A stretch of 64,000 nucleotides of DNA. It comes from Felis catus (lineage: Eukaryota). The stretch is from NCBI RefSeq assembly GCF_018350175.1, contig NC_058368.1, positions 77,750,001-77,814,000 on the forward strand, read 5' to 3'. Positions 24,236-36,519 of this stretch are shown here, one piece after another. How positions within the stretch are numbered: position 1 is the stretch's first letter; every line of letters starts with the position of its first letter. Position numbers and translations under genes: made by a program. The notes beneath the pieces are model-generated. The model was given only the letters and a program-made list of their open reading frames with translations. It had not been told where the DNA came from and made no database searches.

Positions 24236-25396
24236 AAAGTAGTCGAATTACATTTGGTCCAAATGTGTTTTCATCACTTAAAGGAACGTCAGTATCAATT
24301 TTTACTCAAGCAAAATCTATTTGTTTGTCTGTTTAACCTGCGGTTTGGTATGAAGTCCACGGCCATAGATTTCATTAATATTTACATTCACATTTATCAT
24401 TAATATTCACATTAATTGAGAATAAAATGAAAGCAAAACATAAGTGACTCTAAACATACTGTTCTAGAGTATGTACTGATGATTCTACATGACTTCAAAA
24501 AATTAAGAACACAAGTTGAATTTGGAACTTTAAGGTCTTCTTAGAATATATGCTAAAAGTTATAAACTAGACTATTTAATTTGCTAGACTCATATTAAAA
24601 ATTTAGACTTTTAAAATGAGGCTGTAATTTATAATTTTAATTCGTGTTTCTAAACATTAGAAGCCATGGCTCAGACAGCCTGTATTCGCTGGTGATTTAT
24701 ATGAACTCTCTTAGCACCTTCATCTGTCATCATGGGCTCCTCTCAGAGTGCGCGGTAATCACTGGTCTACCCAGCACCTTGGCAACATCATTGTTATTAA
24801 GTTTCTCCTGTGTTTTCTGAAAATCCATGATAACTTACTCAGTTACAGATATCAGTTAAATCATCCACATGAATTCTGATCAAAATCTATTTAACAGACT
24901 TCCCGAATATTATAAGTCAAATCACTGTCTTTTGAAAAAGGGAACCGCACACTAGAAGTATATTTAGTTATTGCAAATCTATAGGACTTCACACTGAACA
25001 GGGCTATCACTAAGCCTGTATACTCTGAAACATATAATGAGCATTACTATTTCTCAGGGCAAATTCTGGTCTTAGATTCAGAATAAATACTGCCTATGTC
25101 AGATACCAAACCTGAATAAATATAGCTCAAGGTATGTTCAGCATTCAAACCTGATATTAATGCCACATCATACGTTATGATTCAGTTACAGCTCACTCTA
25201 TTTAAAATAGTAACAACTGAAAAACAACAACCTCATATTATGAATTCAAGCATAGTACTCTGAGATGTTATGCAGGCCTCCTCATGGGGAAAACGACCTC
25301 AGTATGCATTGAAACTGTCATAGGAAAAGGTAGGTATTATCCATTCACCCATCGGAGAATTTGGCTTACTAGATATCTTCCTAAAGAAAGATCTGT

Positions 25397-25520
25397 GGCG
25401 TGCCTGGCTGGCTTGGTTGGTAGAGCATGTGACTCTTGATGTTGGGGTCATGAGTTCAAGCCTCATGTCGGATGTAGAGACTACTCAAGAATAAAAAAAT
25501 CTTACAAAAAGAAAAAAAAT
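25397..25520 (+). mobile_element. Short Can-SINE lacking the CT tract (tRNA-like head + tail)
   Basis: GGTAGAGCATGTGACTCTTGAT...GAGTTCAAGCC...GTAGAGA followed by an A-tail. Confidence 0.85.
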
Positions 25521-25658
25521 TGTAATCTACATGGCAAGTTTTAGAGTTCTGGACCCCAACAGCTTTTCACAATTGCAGAGAAACCTAGAAATGAAATGGT
25601 AGAAATATAGAGGCAGTTTACAGTGTTAACATACCTATGGATGATAAAATATTTTTGT

Positions 25659-25660
<2 letters not shown>

Positions 25661-25700
<40 letters not shown>
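25661..25700. repeat. (TA)n microsatellite
   Basis: Direct reading. Confidence 0.95.
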
Positions 25701-25701
<1 letters not shown>

Positions 25702-26738
25702 CTGAAAAGTTTTTTTAACCAAAGAATGGGTAATGTTGCTGGTCAAAGGATAACAATCAAAACCAATCAAGAAGTCAAAATAATAGCAAAATATCTTGAT
25801 ACTCAAATATATCATATGTACCCTTCTGCCGTAGTAGATAATCAAAGTGTACAAACCTAACAACGACTACATGTACAGCAAGTGAAGTTATGGAAAATCA
25901 TTCTTCTCTTTTTAATGGGAAATCATTCTAAACAAACTCTCTAATAGCAATTTGCAAACATAAAGACCATGGGCTGACACATACTTTAGGATAAACGTCC
26001 TTGAATCTCCAGATACACCCTCTGGGGCAGACGAAGAAAATAACACTTTGATTTTTTCCAAATCCTTAGTCAGAAAGGCTCGGCATTTGTGATGGTATTT
26101 TAACATGCTTTATATTCCCAGTTCAGAGACTTCTTTACTTCAAATGAGTCTAGCTATAAATAAGAATAGACGTCTTAACTATCCAAAATGAAGAAAAACA
26201 GCAATTTTCCTCAAAATTTTCCACTACAATAAACAAAAATGTCTCAAAGGCAAAATAGAAGCATGAACAATTTCCAAAGTCAGGATTCCAGTTTCTTGTA
26301 AGGCATCTTGCTGCTACACTCAGACGAGTCTAGAGTCAACCGATGTGTATTTTCAGTGGAAATGGCCAGAATGCCAACATGGGCATTCACCAGCACCGAC
26401 CGCTATGTGAACCCTGCTTCTGGAACTGACTCTGTGTAGAGGCTTTTCCTCTCTCGGATGCACGGAGGATACCATCACTGCCCTTGGGGGAGAAAGAGAT
26501 GGGAAATATTTTGCACATGAGGTAAGGAACAGCCAGGACATTCATTCATAAAAATTTGGGGGCAACTGTGTGCCAAGCCCTGGGTCAGGATCCGGCAGGG
26601 CCAGAGGTGGACAGATGAAGTTCACAGTCCACCACAAGAGACAGGCTGACACAGTTCACCACCACACGGTAAACATGCAATAAACACCCAATGGCAGACT
26701 GTCCTGGGGGCTCTGAAGGACCTAAACAGGCTGCTGAA

Positions 26739-27060
26739 TGTTAGGGGTTGAATTGTGTCTCCTCTAAAGATGGGCTGAAGTCCCTTCCAGTATCCGTAAG
26801 TGTAGCCTTATTTGGAAATACGGTCCTTGCGGACATAGTCAAGTGCAGATGATGTCATTAGGGTAGACCCTAATCCAATACGGCTGGTCTCTTTGTAAGA
26901 AGACAAAACACACGGAGATGAGAGGATGCGAAGAAACACAGGGAGAATGTCCTGTAAGGACACACAGACAAGGGTGACACATCTATAAGCCAACGACCCC
27001 CAAGGGCCACTCGGCAGTCCCGGGAAACCAACAGCTATGGGAGAGCTTGGTGAGACAGCC
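26739..27060 (+). mobile_element. MaLR LTR (MLT1-like)
   Basis: TGTTAGGGGTTGAATTGTGTC start, CCTTATTTGGAAATACGGTC, GGGTAGACCCTAATCCAATA. Confidence 0.85.
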
Positions 27061-27644
27061 TGAGCTTTGACTGCAGAAGGAAGGGAGCAGGGCAGGGAAG
27101 ACTTTCCCTGAGAAGTCAAGTTGCAGCTTGAAGTAGGGTCAGAGCAGCTAATGGGGTGGGGGTAAGGAGTGTTTCCAGACAGAGGCCAGTGTGGCCAGAG
27201 GCTGAGGGCTCAGGATGATGGCTGATGCATTCCAGTGGGGAGGGGGTGGGTGTGAGGACGCCCCAGAGCACGAAGCAGTGGCCACGGTAATGAGGCAAGC
27301 CAGCAGGACAAGGTCACGAAGGCCCTTTGAACAGAGAAAGCAATCGCTGCTCCTTTAAGTGCTAGCACCCAGGCCTAGATCTAGCATGGGGGACGCACAG
27401 GTACCAGGTTTACCCTGCTGTCCAAAAGTAGAGCATTCCTATAAAACCTTCCTAAGCTGAAAAAGTATAAAACAAAGAAGCAATTACCATTAATTTATAT
27501 GGAAAAAATGTTTTGAGAATTCCTAGCTCCCAAAAATCACCTCTCTTAGGCTTTTCTGGTCCCTTCGGATACATTTCGCTAACGAAAACACAAAATCCAT
27601 GGCCAATAAAGCCCAGATGTTCACTGTCCAGAGCCCTGGCCATG

Positions 27645-27765
27645 CAGAGGTGTGCGTGCAGTTCCCAGGGATGGCGCTGGGCGGCGCTGCTCTCGGTGCG
27701 GGGTTGTGGCGGGCGGGGGGGAAAGGAGGCGGGGGAAGGGGATTAGCGCTGTCTCCGCAGGGGCT
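27645..27765. promoter_or_regulatory. GC/CpG-rich patch with GC boxes and G-quadruplex motif
   Basis: GGGCGG at 27679 and 27711; five G-runs of 3 or more within 27700-27741. Confidence 0.35.
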
Positions 27766-28902
27766 CCCAGCAAAACTAACACTAAACCTTGTTTTCTGGA
27801 AAGTGAAAATCCTCTTCGGATTTCTTCTCACTAGGGAAAGCAGGTCTTAAAGGCAAAGTGAAGGAAGGGGAACTTTCGGAAAGCGGGAGATAACCTATAT
27901 CCCAAGTAACTAGTTTGCTCTATAGAGTGTAGCTTCCCAACAGCAAATGCCTTTCCAGGAAGAATGATGTTGCATTTTTGCAGGCTTCTGCTCCAGCAAA
28001 TAAAAACAAGAGCTTCCTTGACATTGAATCCTTGACATCACAGTCTCTAGGTCAAGCATCTGAAGACATCTAGATCTCTGTACCTGCCCACAAATAGCCT
28101 GAAGCCAACGGGGCTTCCTTCTTGGGGGGTGGGGGAGAGGGTTACAGCCAATAACCCAGTAATGCTCCCACCTGGCCTCTGGCTTCCTGCCACCCCCCTG
28201 CTGGTGAAGAGCCATTGGGATTTCTCCTGTCCTGCTGCTCTGTGCTGGCCTTACATAAGAGAGAAAGTTGCCACTTGAACTTCTGCTCTTAACAAATACC
28301 TACTGTGTTTGCCTTCAAGGCAAGAGGAATCAATAGGAGGTACAAACACACCGTGCCAGGGTTTTCAGCCTTCCTGATAGCAGGTTTGCTAGCAAAGTCT
28401 CCTACATGTTTCTCCTTAATTGACCTCGTGGGTGTTAAGTGTCCAGAATATAATGGTCTGAGTTATTTCATTTTAAACTAGGATCAGTACTCCTAAATGC
28501 AGCATTCAGTTGTAGATTCATGTTCTATATTGACCTTTTTATTTGCACTTCCAGGGGGCAAGCACTGCAAATACAAATCAATAATACTTCAACACTTCAT
28601 TATTTTGTTTCTCTTTCTTTCTCTTGGCTGGCTTTCTTCAACCTAGCCATCTAGCCTTGTTATGCCTCCATAAAATTCTGAAGATGATTCCCGAATTAAA
28701 AAAAAATAGATTAACAAAAATCCTACTGCTATAGCCTATACATGAAATTACCTTTTAGTAAAGAAGAGAAATGCTGTCGAATATATTCACACCACTGTAA
28801 AAAAAAAAAAAGAATACCAATGTTGTGATAGATGATACCCAAGGTATACAGGTATATATTATGTTTATAAAAATACAAAAGACCTAAGTATAAAAAGGAC
28901 AG

Positions 28903-28931
28903 ATACACACACACACACACACACACACACA
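28903..28931. repeat. (CA)n microsatellite
   Basis: Direct reading. Confidence 0.95.
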
Positions 28932-29074
28932 TCTTAAATCTTGCTCACTTGCTTTCATATATGTGTGTGTGTTGTTTCATGCATCCAAGTAGCACTTCCT
29001 ACAGCACTCAGTACAACCGGGTCCCTAACATAGTGGACATTTGTATTGTATAGGGAGGAGCCATGGTGGAGGAT

Positions 29075-29510
29075 TTGCGTTAAGACATTGATTGACAGGA
29101 CTGATTTACTAAATCCAAGTCAAATGTGAGCTGTGTGATAGTCACTGAGTCACTTCACCTTTCTTACCATCTTAAACTCCTCATTTGCAGGTGACGGCAA
29201 TAAATACCTGCCTCAGAGTTTTGTTAGGAAAAGTAAGTGAAGGCACGGGGCCTGGGCGGCTCAGTCTGTTAACCATCTGACTTCAGCTCAGGTCACAATC
29301 TCCCAGTTCCTGAGTTCAAGCCCTGCATCAGGCTCTGCGCTGATAGCGTGGAAGCCTGCTTGGGATTCTTCTCTCTCTCTCTGACCCTCCCACACTCCTG
29401 CTTTCTCTCAAAAACAAATAAACTTAAAAAAAAGAAAAGAAGAAACATACATGAAAACGTTTATGGAGCTCTTTGTTCAGTGCCTGGCACTTGGAGAACA
29501 TCTGATAAAG
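29075..29510 (+). mobile_element. MIR remnant split by a Can-SINE
   Basis: AGCTGTGTGA...GAGTCACTTCACCT...CTCCTCATTTG...AATACCTGCCTCAGAG before the SINE; CAGTGCCTGGCAC after it. Confidence 0.6.
29245..29445 (+). mobile_element. Can-SINE
   Basis: Typical structure. Confidence 0.92.
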
Positions 29511-29864
29511 GGTCATGAAGAATCATTAGACTTCATAAATAGAATATACATTGCGTATGGTACTCTTTATGGCATTGGGAGAGTAATGCCTACATAGAAT
29601 CACATGGTTTCCCATGCTCACGTGACCGGGTGGGGAGCGGTGGTGAAGCGGGTGTTCCAAAGTGTCCCCCAAAGAAAACTCCATAGAAACTGAAATCCAG
29701 AAAAGCTGAATTCTGTTACGGAATGTCAGACCCTTCCATTTTACAATATTTACGAGAATAACATAAATGTCAAGTATTTTGGAATTTAGGAGAGTCTATG
29801 GCAAGTACTATCCATGGGTCACCAAATTAATTTCTTAACAGTTGTTGAAAAACAATATAGCTAG

Positions 29865-30085
29865 TGATTGTTGTGTGGGTAGTATTGGATAGGCCCTATG
29901 CCAAGTACTTTATGTGCATTCTCTTAATTAATCCTCACTACAGCTCTGTGAGGTAGCAGCTATCATTATCTCCAGTTGACAGATGAGGTCCTCAAGGTGT
30001 GATTTGCCAATGTGCACAGATAGCAAATGGCGGGGCCAGGTTTAAATGCAGGCCGGCGGCTCCAGAGTCCCTGCTCTGACCTACA
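29865..30085 (-). mobile_element. MIR remnant
   Basis: TTAATCCTCAC...CTGTGAGGTAG...ATTATCTCCAGTTGACAGATGAGG...GGCTCCAGAGTCC. Confidence 0.75.
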
Positions 30086-30261
30086 CATATTGCCCCTCCC
30101 CATGGATCATTCTCCACATTCATCACTGGGGGCCACATTAGAGCAATTTCATCTAGCACTAACACAGATTTTAACCAAGTGGTGAATACGTGTGTGTATT
30201 AAATTGAAATGTATTGATCTAGCCTGAAATCCCTGAGACCGCTAGCGAAACAAAACAATAC

Positions 30262-30470
30262 TTTTATTTATTTTACTTTTTAAAGCTTTATTTATTTATT
30301 TTGAGAGAGAGACAGCATGAGCAAGCGAAAGGCAGAGGGGGTGAGAGACAGAATCCCAAGCAGGCTCCACGCTGTCAGTGCAGAGCCTGACACGGGGCTC
30401 GAACTCACGAACCATGAGATCACGACCTGAGCCAAAACCAAGAGTTCTGGCTGCTTAACCAACAGACCCC
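30262..30470 (-). mobile_element. Can-SINE (diverged head)
   Basis: Reverse SINE; TSD ~AAAACAATACT/AAAACAACATT. Confidence 0.9.
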
Positions 30471-32085
30471 AAAACAACATTTAAAAAAATCTAGCTAGAA
30501 GAGCCATGTCTGCAAGACCACCTTCAGCAGAACAAGTGATTATGGACTAGAAAAGCTCCATTAGGAACAAAGAAATAGTAAGCACCTGTCCTTGCCATTG
30601 TGAACACTCTGTAGAAATCCCTGCCCTACCTGGGAGTCCACCTGGTGCTTCCTCCTCCTCCACCATCCATCAGGTACCGCATTCCCTTTGAGATGTCTCC
30701 TAACACCCCTCCGGAGGCTCTGCAACCCTCCCCCATCCCTCTTTTAACTCCATGACAGACTACATGTAGCATCAAGCAAATCACTGAAGGTCTTGACCAT
30801 CTGCTTGCAACCTGTGAGCTAGGTTATCTCCTTATATTACATATATACTTATACTCTAGATAACATATATATAGTACACAATACATAACATAAAATATGC
30901 ATACTACGCATTCACGTGCGTGCTATCCATATGAATCATGATATGCAATATGTGAGTTATAAACATATCCCATGCTTGTCATGACTCAAAATATGCCTAT
31001 CTAGTTATTTAATTAAATTAATGCATCGGGCAAATTATGCATTAGCAAATTAAAGTATATCAGGAAAACAGATCATTTAGTCGAGATACAGATCATTTAA
31101 TAGAATCTCTTCCTTTATAGAGGAGAATTTAGTGATTTCAAATGCTTCTCCAAAAGATAAGGGAGCCATGAGGCTCCAGGCATATGACTGGGCTCCTCTG
31201 TGTGTACTGCCCTCTCAGAAATAGAGGACGTGCGAGGGCCCCTTGCAGGTGCCATAGAAAACACTCCCAACATTAGTCTTCTTAAGTTTCAGCTCTGCTG
31301 AACATGTAGCATATTCTGGGAACTAGAACACATTTATTCATAAGGATTCCAACTTCCCTACGAGAGGAAAGAACATGCAACCGATGAAAAATTATCTTAC
31401 AGTTTTGCATTAAGCATTTCTGGTTTTCATATTGTACTTTAATCTTAAGGTTTTTAGAATATGCTGACAGAGTTACAGCACATTTTTAGGAGTTAAAAAA
31501 TGTATGCTTTGCCAGTGATTTACCTCTATTCATAGATCAAACTATGGCACATACCAATATTAAATAAAGCTTAAGCAGATATCTAACCCATGACATCAGT
31601 TTCCATTTGAAAACTGAATTTTTCTCTAGCAAATCAGTGAAGTAAAACTAAATATTCAGTGACCCTCTTTTAATTTTGTAAGGTTTAGAAGCTCTATTTC
31701 ATAAATACAAATAGATAAGTCTTCAAAAACATCTGTTTTTAGTTAACGAAAAGGAATACAGACAAAGCGAAAGGACGGAAATCATTCTGAAAGAAAATTC
31801 TACCTACTGGTTAAAGATAAGGTGTGTTTGCTGGCCTGGAAAAGCTAGGAACTCATTACTCACTTTTTTTTTTCATTAAACTGTGTTATAGCGCGTAAGA
31901 AACCCCATTGTAACAAATGCACTTCATTCCTCCAAAAAACTTAACATTTTGTTATCGTGCTTTGGGTGATCGTCAATAATCACAACCCATGCCAGCCCAA
32001 AGCTCCAGACTCCCTACTGGGTACCGGCCAGTCTTGACAGCACATGTGTGGGGATTTGCACTATATTAAAAATATAACTACATTT

Positions 32086-32290
32086 GGGGCACCTGGGTGG
32101 CTCAGTCGACTGAGCGTCCAACTCTTGATACTGGCTCAGGTCAACATCGCACAGTTCATGGCATTGAGCCCCATGTCTGGCTCCGTGCTGGGCGTGAAGC
32201 CTATTTGGGATTCCGTCTCTCTCTCTCTCTCTGCCCTCCCTCACTTGTGCGCTCTCTCGCTCTCTACAAAATAACTAAACATATTTAAAA
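32086..32290 (+). mobile_element. Can-SINE (older subfamily)
   Basis: Typical structure; TSD AACTACATTT. Confidence 0.92.
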
Positions 32291-34287
32291 TATACACAAC
32301 TACATTTTTAATCTAATATGTACAGAGTTTTTATTATGTTCTAGGAATCATAAGAAACCTTTTACATGCATTATGTAATCTTCGAATAAACCCAGCATTT
32401 GCTTCTGAAGTTAACATTATGGTTTACTGTAGATTACTTTTATTTCAGTTCAATTTTATTTTTAAAATGTGCGTATAAATTATGACAATTTTCTGTTCTT
32501 GAGGTCCTTGCTGAACTGTCCAATCAATTAAACCTCGCCAATCAAAATGGCCATCGATTCATTTGGCATTTAATTAATGTAAATAAAAGTTAATTAAGCT
32601 TCATTAATTTGTGCAAACTTACTGATGTATCTAGAGCAAACAGTAAGTCACCAAAGTTATACCAAAAGGAGGGTCTTTCAACTCTGATTTAATTGCAAGA
32701 TGGCCAGACCCGAGGATCTCACAGCCTGGAAGAGTCAACATGCTTCCCTCATCCCTGCTCTGCTCCTCAAGGAGTCATCAGTCCTGGTCCTGGACTTGAT
32801 TCTGCCTTAGTTAAGCAGGTGCACAGAGGAATCCATGCCCACTCAAAGTGCAAATTCATGAAGCGACAGAGGCAGGAAGTCACCTGTTCTGGTCTCAGCG
32901 TCCCCACTCACTTCGGACTGCTAAGTGCCATGCAGCTGATCAGCCCCTGTTGGCCTCAGTTTCCCCTCTGCGGTTGCAGATACTCCTGTGGCCCATTCAG
33001 TTGTGCTCATGGGCAGGCGACATCGTGTTACAAGGTGTAGCCGGATGAGCCACCCGCCTCTCTTTGCACAGGGCTTTGTGTTTACCTTTCTGTCGATTAA
33101 CAGTGTCCACTCTTCTGTCCAGTTCCATGATGTAGGCCAGAAACCCCAGAGAAAAGACTACAAGGAGAAGGAAAAATACCCTTTCAGGTATGGGTACTGT
33201 GGGTCCTGGAGGGTTGGCTGCTTTGGAGAGTGGGGGAGGAAGGTCACAGCAGCGCTGATGCGTTCTGCACCGAACACAGCGTGCGCCCAGCCAAGGGAGG
33301 GCTGTGGGAAAGCAGTGCAGGTGGTTCCCGTGAGACTCTGCAGCGCGGGGACATTGGAGGAGCCCCCCCATGGTATGTGCCCCCACCCAGGTCGCCTGAG
33401 TGGCAGCAGCAGGGCCTAACGATGCTGAAAGAATAAGCCGAGACATGGGAACTGGAGAGGAGCTGTCACGGGACGCCACGGTCCCCGCCAAATTGGATAC
33501 ATTATTTTCACACGTTGGACTTCCGAGTTTGAAATGCACTCATCCCTTGTCATAGGTTCCGAGCGTGGCTCTCCATCCACATTCGCTGCCCACTGTTGCA
33601 CACTGCCATCTCTCTTCCTCTGCAGCCACCACGAAGGCGTGATGATAAATACTGCCGTTCCTTCAGTGGAGGGGAGGCCTTCCCCTCTGCAGAATGCACA
33701 ACCAGGCTGGCTTGCAGGGGTGGAGCGCAGCGTGGAGCGCAGCGTGCTGGCCGACACCCTAGGGAATGCTTAAGCGGGGAGAGGCCAGTGCCAGCAGGCA
33801 GGAAGGCCAAGGGGCCCTCTACTCTGCAGAGGGAACCACAAGGACCCACGTCCCGGGGCTCAGACAACAGTGCAGAAAACCCTGTGCGCCCAGGCTGCCC
33901 GGGGACACTGCCCCGGGAGGCTGTTTTCTGCTTCCTAAATGCAGCAGGTAAAGAAGACCAGGAGGGGAGTGAAACAATCAGTTTAATTTGAGCGATTATC
34001 GCAAACTAATTATTCCAGTCGGCAGCCCCCAAAATCACGCAATCGATCAATTTGTTTAATTTTGTTGTTTAATTTTGTTGTGATTCACAGCCCCCAACCA
34101 TGAGAATAGGGCTGTGGAACAGGATAATACAAATTTCTTCATGCAAATTTTCACTCCAAGTTTATTTTGTGAGAGGGGAAAGCGTATGATTGTAGTAAAA
34201 CAAATTCGGGAAGCTCTCTAGAAACCCAAATTCACTTTGGCTAACAATCATTAGCTTTCCTCTGCTCCTTCAAATTGCCTTATTTTT

Positions 34288-34512
34288 ATTTTTTTTAAAT
34301 TTTTTTTCAACGTTTTTTATTTATTTTTGGGACAGAGAGAGACAGAGCATGAACGGGGGAGGGGCAGAGAGAGAGGGAGACACAGAATCAGAAACAGGCT
34401 CCAGGCTCCGAGCCATCAGCCCAGAGCCTGACGCGGGGTTGAACTCACGGACCGCGAGATCGTGACCTGGCCGAAGTCGGACGCTTAACCGACTGCGCCA
34501 CCCAGGCGCCCC
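34288..34512 (-). mobile_element. Can-SINE, young feline-type subfamily
   Basis: CpG-intact; perfect TSD TCAAATTGCCTTATTTTT (34270-34287, 34513-34530). Confidence 0.97.
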
Positions 34513-34794
34513 TCAAATTGCCTTATTTTTAATTAGTGTGCATCATTCATCAGGTGTCCTCCTTTAGAATAATGAAAAATAATTGTGAATAATTGGGGGA
34601 GGTCTATTTAAATTAGAACACAGTTGTTTTTATACAATAGTTTTAGAAGAAATTTAGTTTTACCACCTGCAAGCTTATATGATTAGGTAAAAAATTAGTA
34701 GCTGGCAAAATATAACACCAATACAATCTATGTGGATCTTTTTGATTGTGGCAGAAAACATTCAGTCTGAGATCCAACCTCTTGACAGAGTTTT

Positions 34795-35041
34795 GTTTGT
34801 TTGTTGTTTTTAAGTGTTTATTTGTGAGGTGCCTCAGTGACTCAGTCGGTTGAGTATCCACTTTGGCTCAGGTCATGATGTCACGGCTCACGAGTTCAAG
34901 TCCCGAGTCAGGCTCTGTGCAGACAGCTTGGAGCCTGGAGCCTGCTTCAAATTCTGTGTCTCCCTCTCCCTCTGCCCCTACCCCACTCATGCTCTGTCTC
35001 TCTGTCTCAAAGATAAACATTAAAAGAAATGTTGATTTATT

Positions 35042-35089
<48 letters not shown>

Positions 35090-35245
35090 TAGGGGCAGAG
35101 AGAGAGGGAGAGAGAGAATCCCAAGCAATTTCCGTGCTGTCAGTGCAGGGCCCCACATGGTGCTTGATCCCACTAACCATAAGATCATGACGAGGGCCGA
35201 AATCAATAGTCGGACGCTCAACCCACTGAGCCACGCAGGCGCCCC
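34795..35245 (-). mobile_element. Can-SINE (outer; tail split by the inner SINE)
   Basis: Body 35030-35245, tail remainder 34795-34823; TSD ACCTCTTGACAGAGTTTTGT/ACCTCTTAACGAAGTTTTGT. Confidence 0.9.
34826..35026 (+). mobile_element. Can-SINE (inner, inserted in the tail of the previous SINE)
   Basis: TSD ~AAGTGTTTATTT/AAATGTTGATTT. Confidence 0.9.
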
Positions 35246-36123
35246 TGACCTCTTAACGAAGTTTTGTGTGTATTGTTACCCCAGGCACAATGCAGCACCA
35301 CAGATGTCTAGAACATTTTCATCACAGCAGGTTCAAACTTTATACCTGTTTAACAGCAACTCTCCATCCTGGTTCTCCCTGCCACCATTCTGCATTCTGC
35401 TTCAACGAATTCAACTACAGTAGATGGCTCAGGTTAAGTGTCAGAATCATGCAGTGTTTGTCCCGTAGTGACGCGCCCATTTCCCTGTGCCGAATGTCCT
35501 GAGACTCCATCTGTGTTGTCACAGATGGCAGGATCGCCTTCTTTTTTAAGGCTGACTAATCTTTCACTGTATGTATACACCGATTTTCTGGATCCACTCA
35601 TTTCTCAATGGACATTTGGGCCATTTCCTAATCATAGCTACTGTGAATACAGCTGCCAAGGCGTGAGGGTTCAGATAGGTCTTCAAGATCCTGATTCTAA
35701 TCCCTTTCCATATATACCCACAAGTGGGATTGCTGGACCATATGACAGTTCTAGTATTAATTTTTTAAGGAGTTTAGATGTTGCTTTCCATAGTACCTTT
35801 ACCAGTTTATATTCCCACCAACAGTTATGGAAGTGTCTGTTAATGACTAGGTAAGACCAATGTGTGTTTAGAATATTGCTTAAATCAAAACAAGCGCCCC
35901 GATGTAACTTAAAATATTTGGCTTAGGGGTATTTTTAAAGGACTTCTTTATTCAGATTATTACTGAATATTCTCAAACTCTAAATCAATAAAGTTCTATC
36001 TACGTTTAGTCTAAGAGTATGTTCTATCTTCAAAAGAAGTAAGATACATTCTTCTCTTGTAGGTTATTCTGGTTTTATATTAAAACTAACCTTGTTTTAG
36101 CCAAAGAGAATTCAACCAAATTA

Positions 36124-36339
36124 TTCTTTTTTTTAATGTTTTTATTTTATTTTTGAGAGAAAGAGACAGAATGTGAGCAGGGGAGGGGCAGAGAGAGAGG
36201 GAGACACAGAATCCGAAGCAGGCTCCAGGCTCTGAGCCATCAGCACAGAGCCCAATGCAGGGCTCGAACTCATGAACCGTGAGATCATGACCTGGGTTGA
36301 AGTCAGAGGCCCAATCGACCGAGCCACCCAGGCACCCCC
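36124..36339 (-). mobile_element. Can-SINE
   Basis: Perfect TSD AATTCAACCAAATT. Confidence 0.95.
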
Positions 36340-36519
36340 AATTCAACCAAATTCTTACACATTCGAGGTCACAAGAGACACACCTAATAGTTAATAAAAG
36401 AGAGGAGAAAGAGAGAGAGACAGGGGGAGGGGAGGGAAAGATTGTATCGGCCACAGATGTAGACTGGTAATAGTTCTTTTTGCTTATCTTAGAAAATGTA
36501 CCAAAAAAAATTTTTTTGG

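Larger units (their letters stand above)
34735..35825 (-). mobile_element. L1 3'UTR/ORF2 end (L1MA/MB-like), host of two nested SINEs
   Basis: Reverse L1 motifs (GGATTGCTGGACCATATGACAGTTCTAG, CCAGTTTATATTCCCACCAACAG), continuous across the SINE TSD. Confidence 0.85.

Noticed and set aside
25397..25480. tRNA-like sequence
   Set aside because: Degenerate stems plus an A-tail: short Can-SINE, not a tRNA gene
32988..33991. Several 100-180 aa ORFs
   Set aside because: GC-rich sequence with overlapping ORFs on both strands and no recognisable domain
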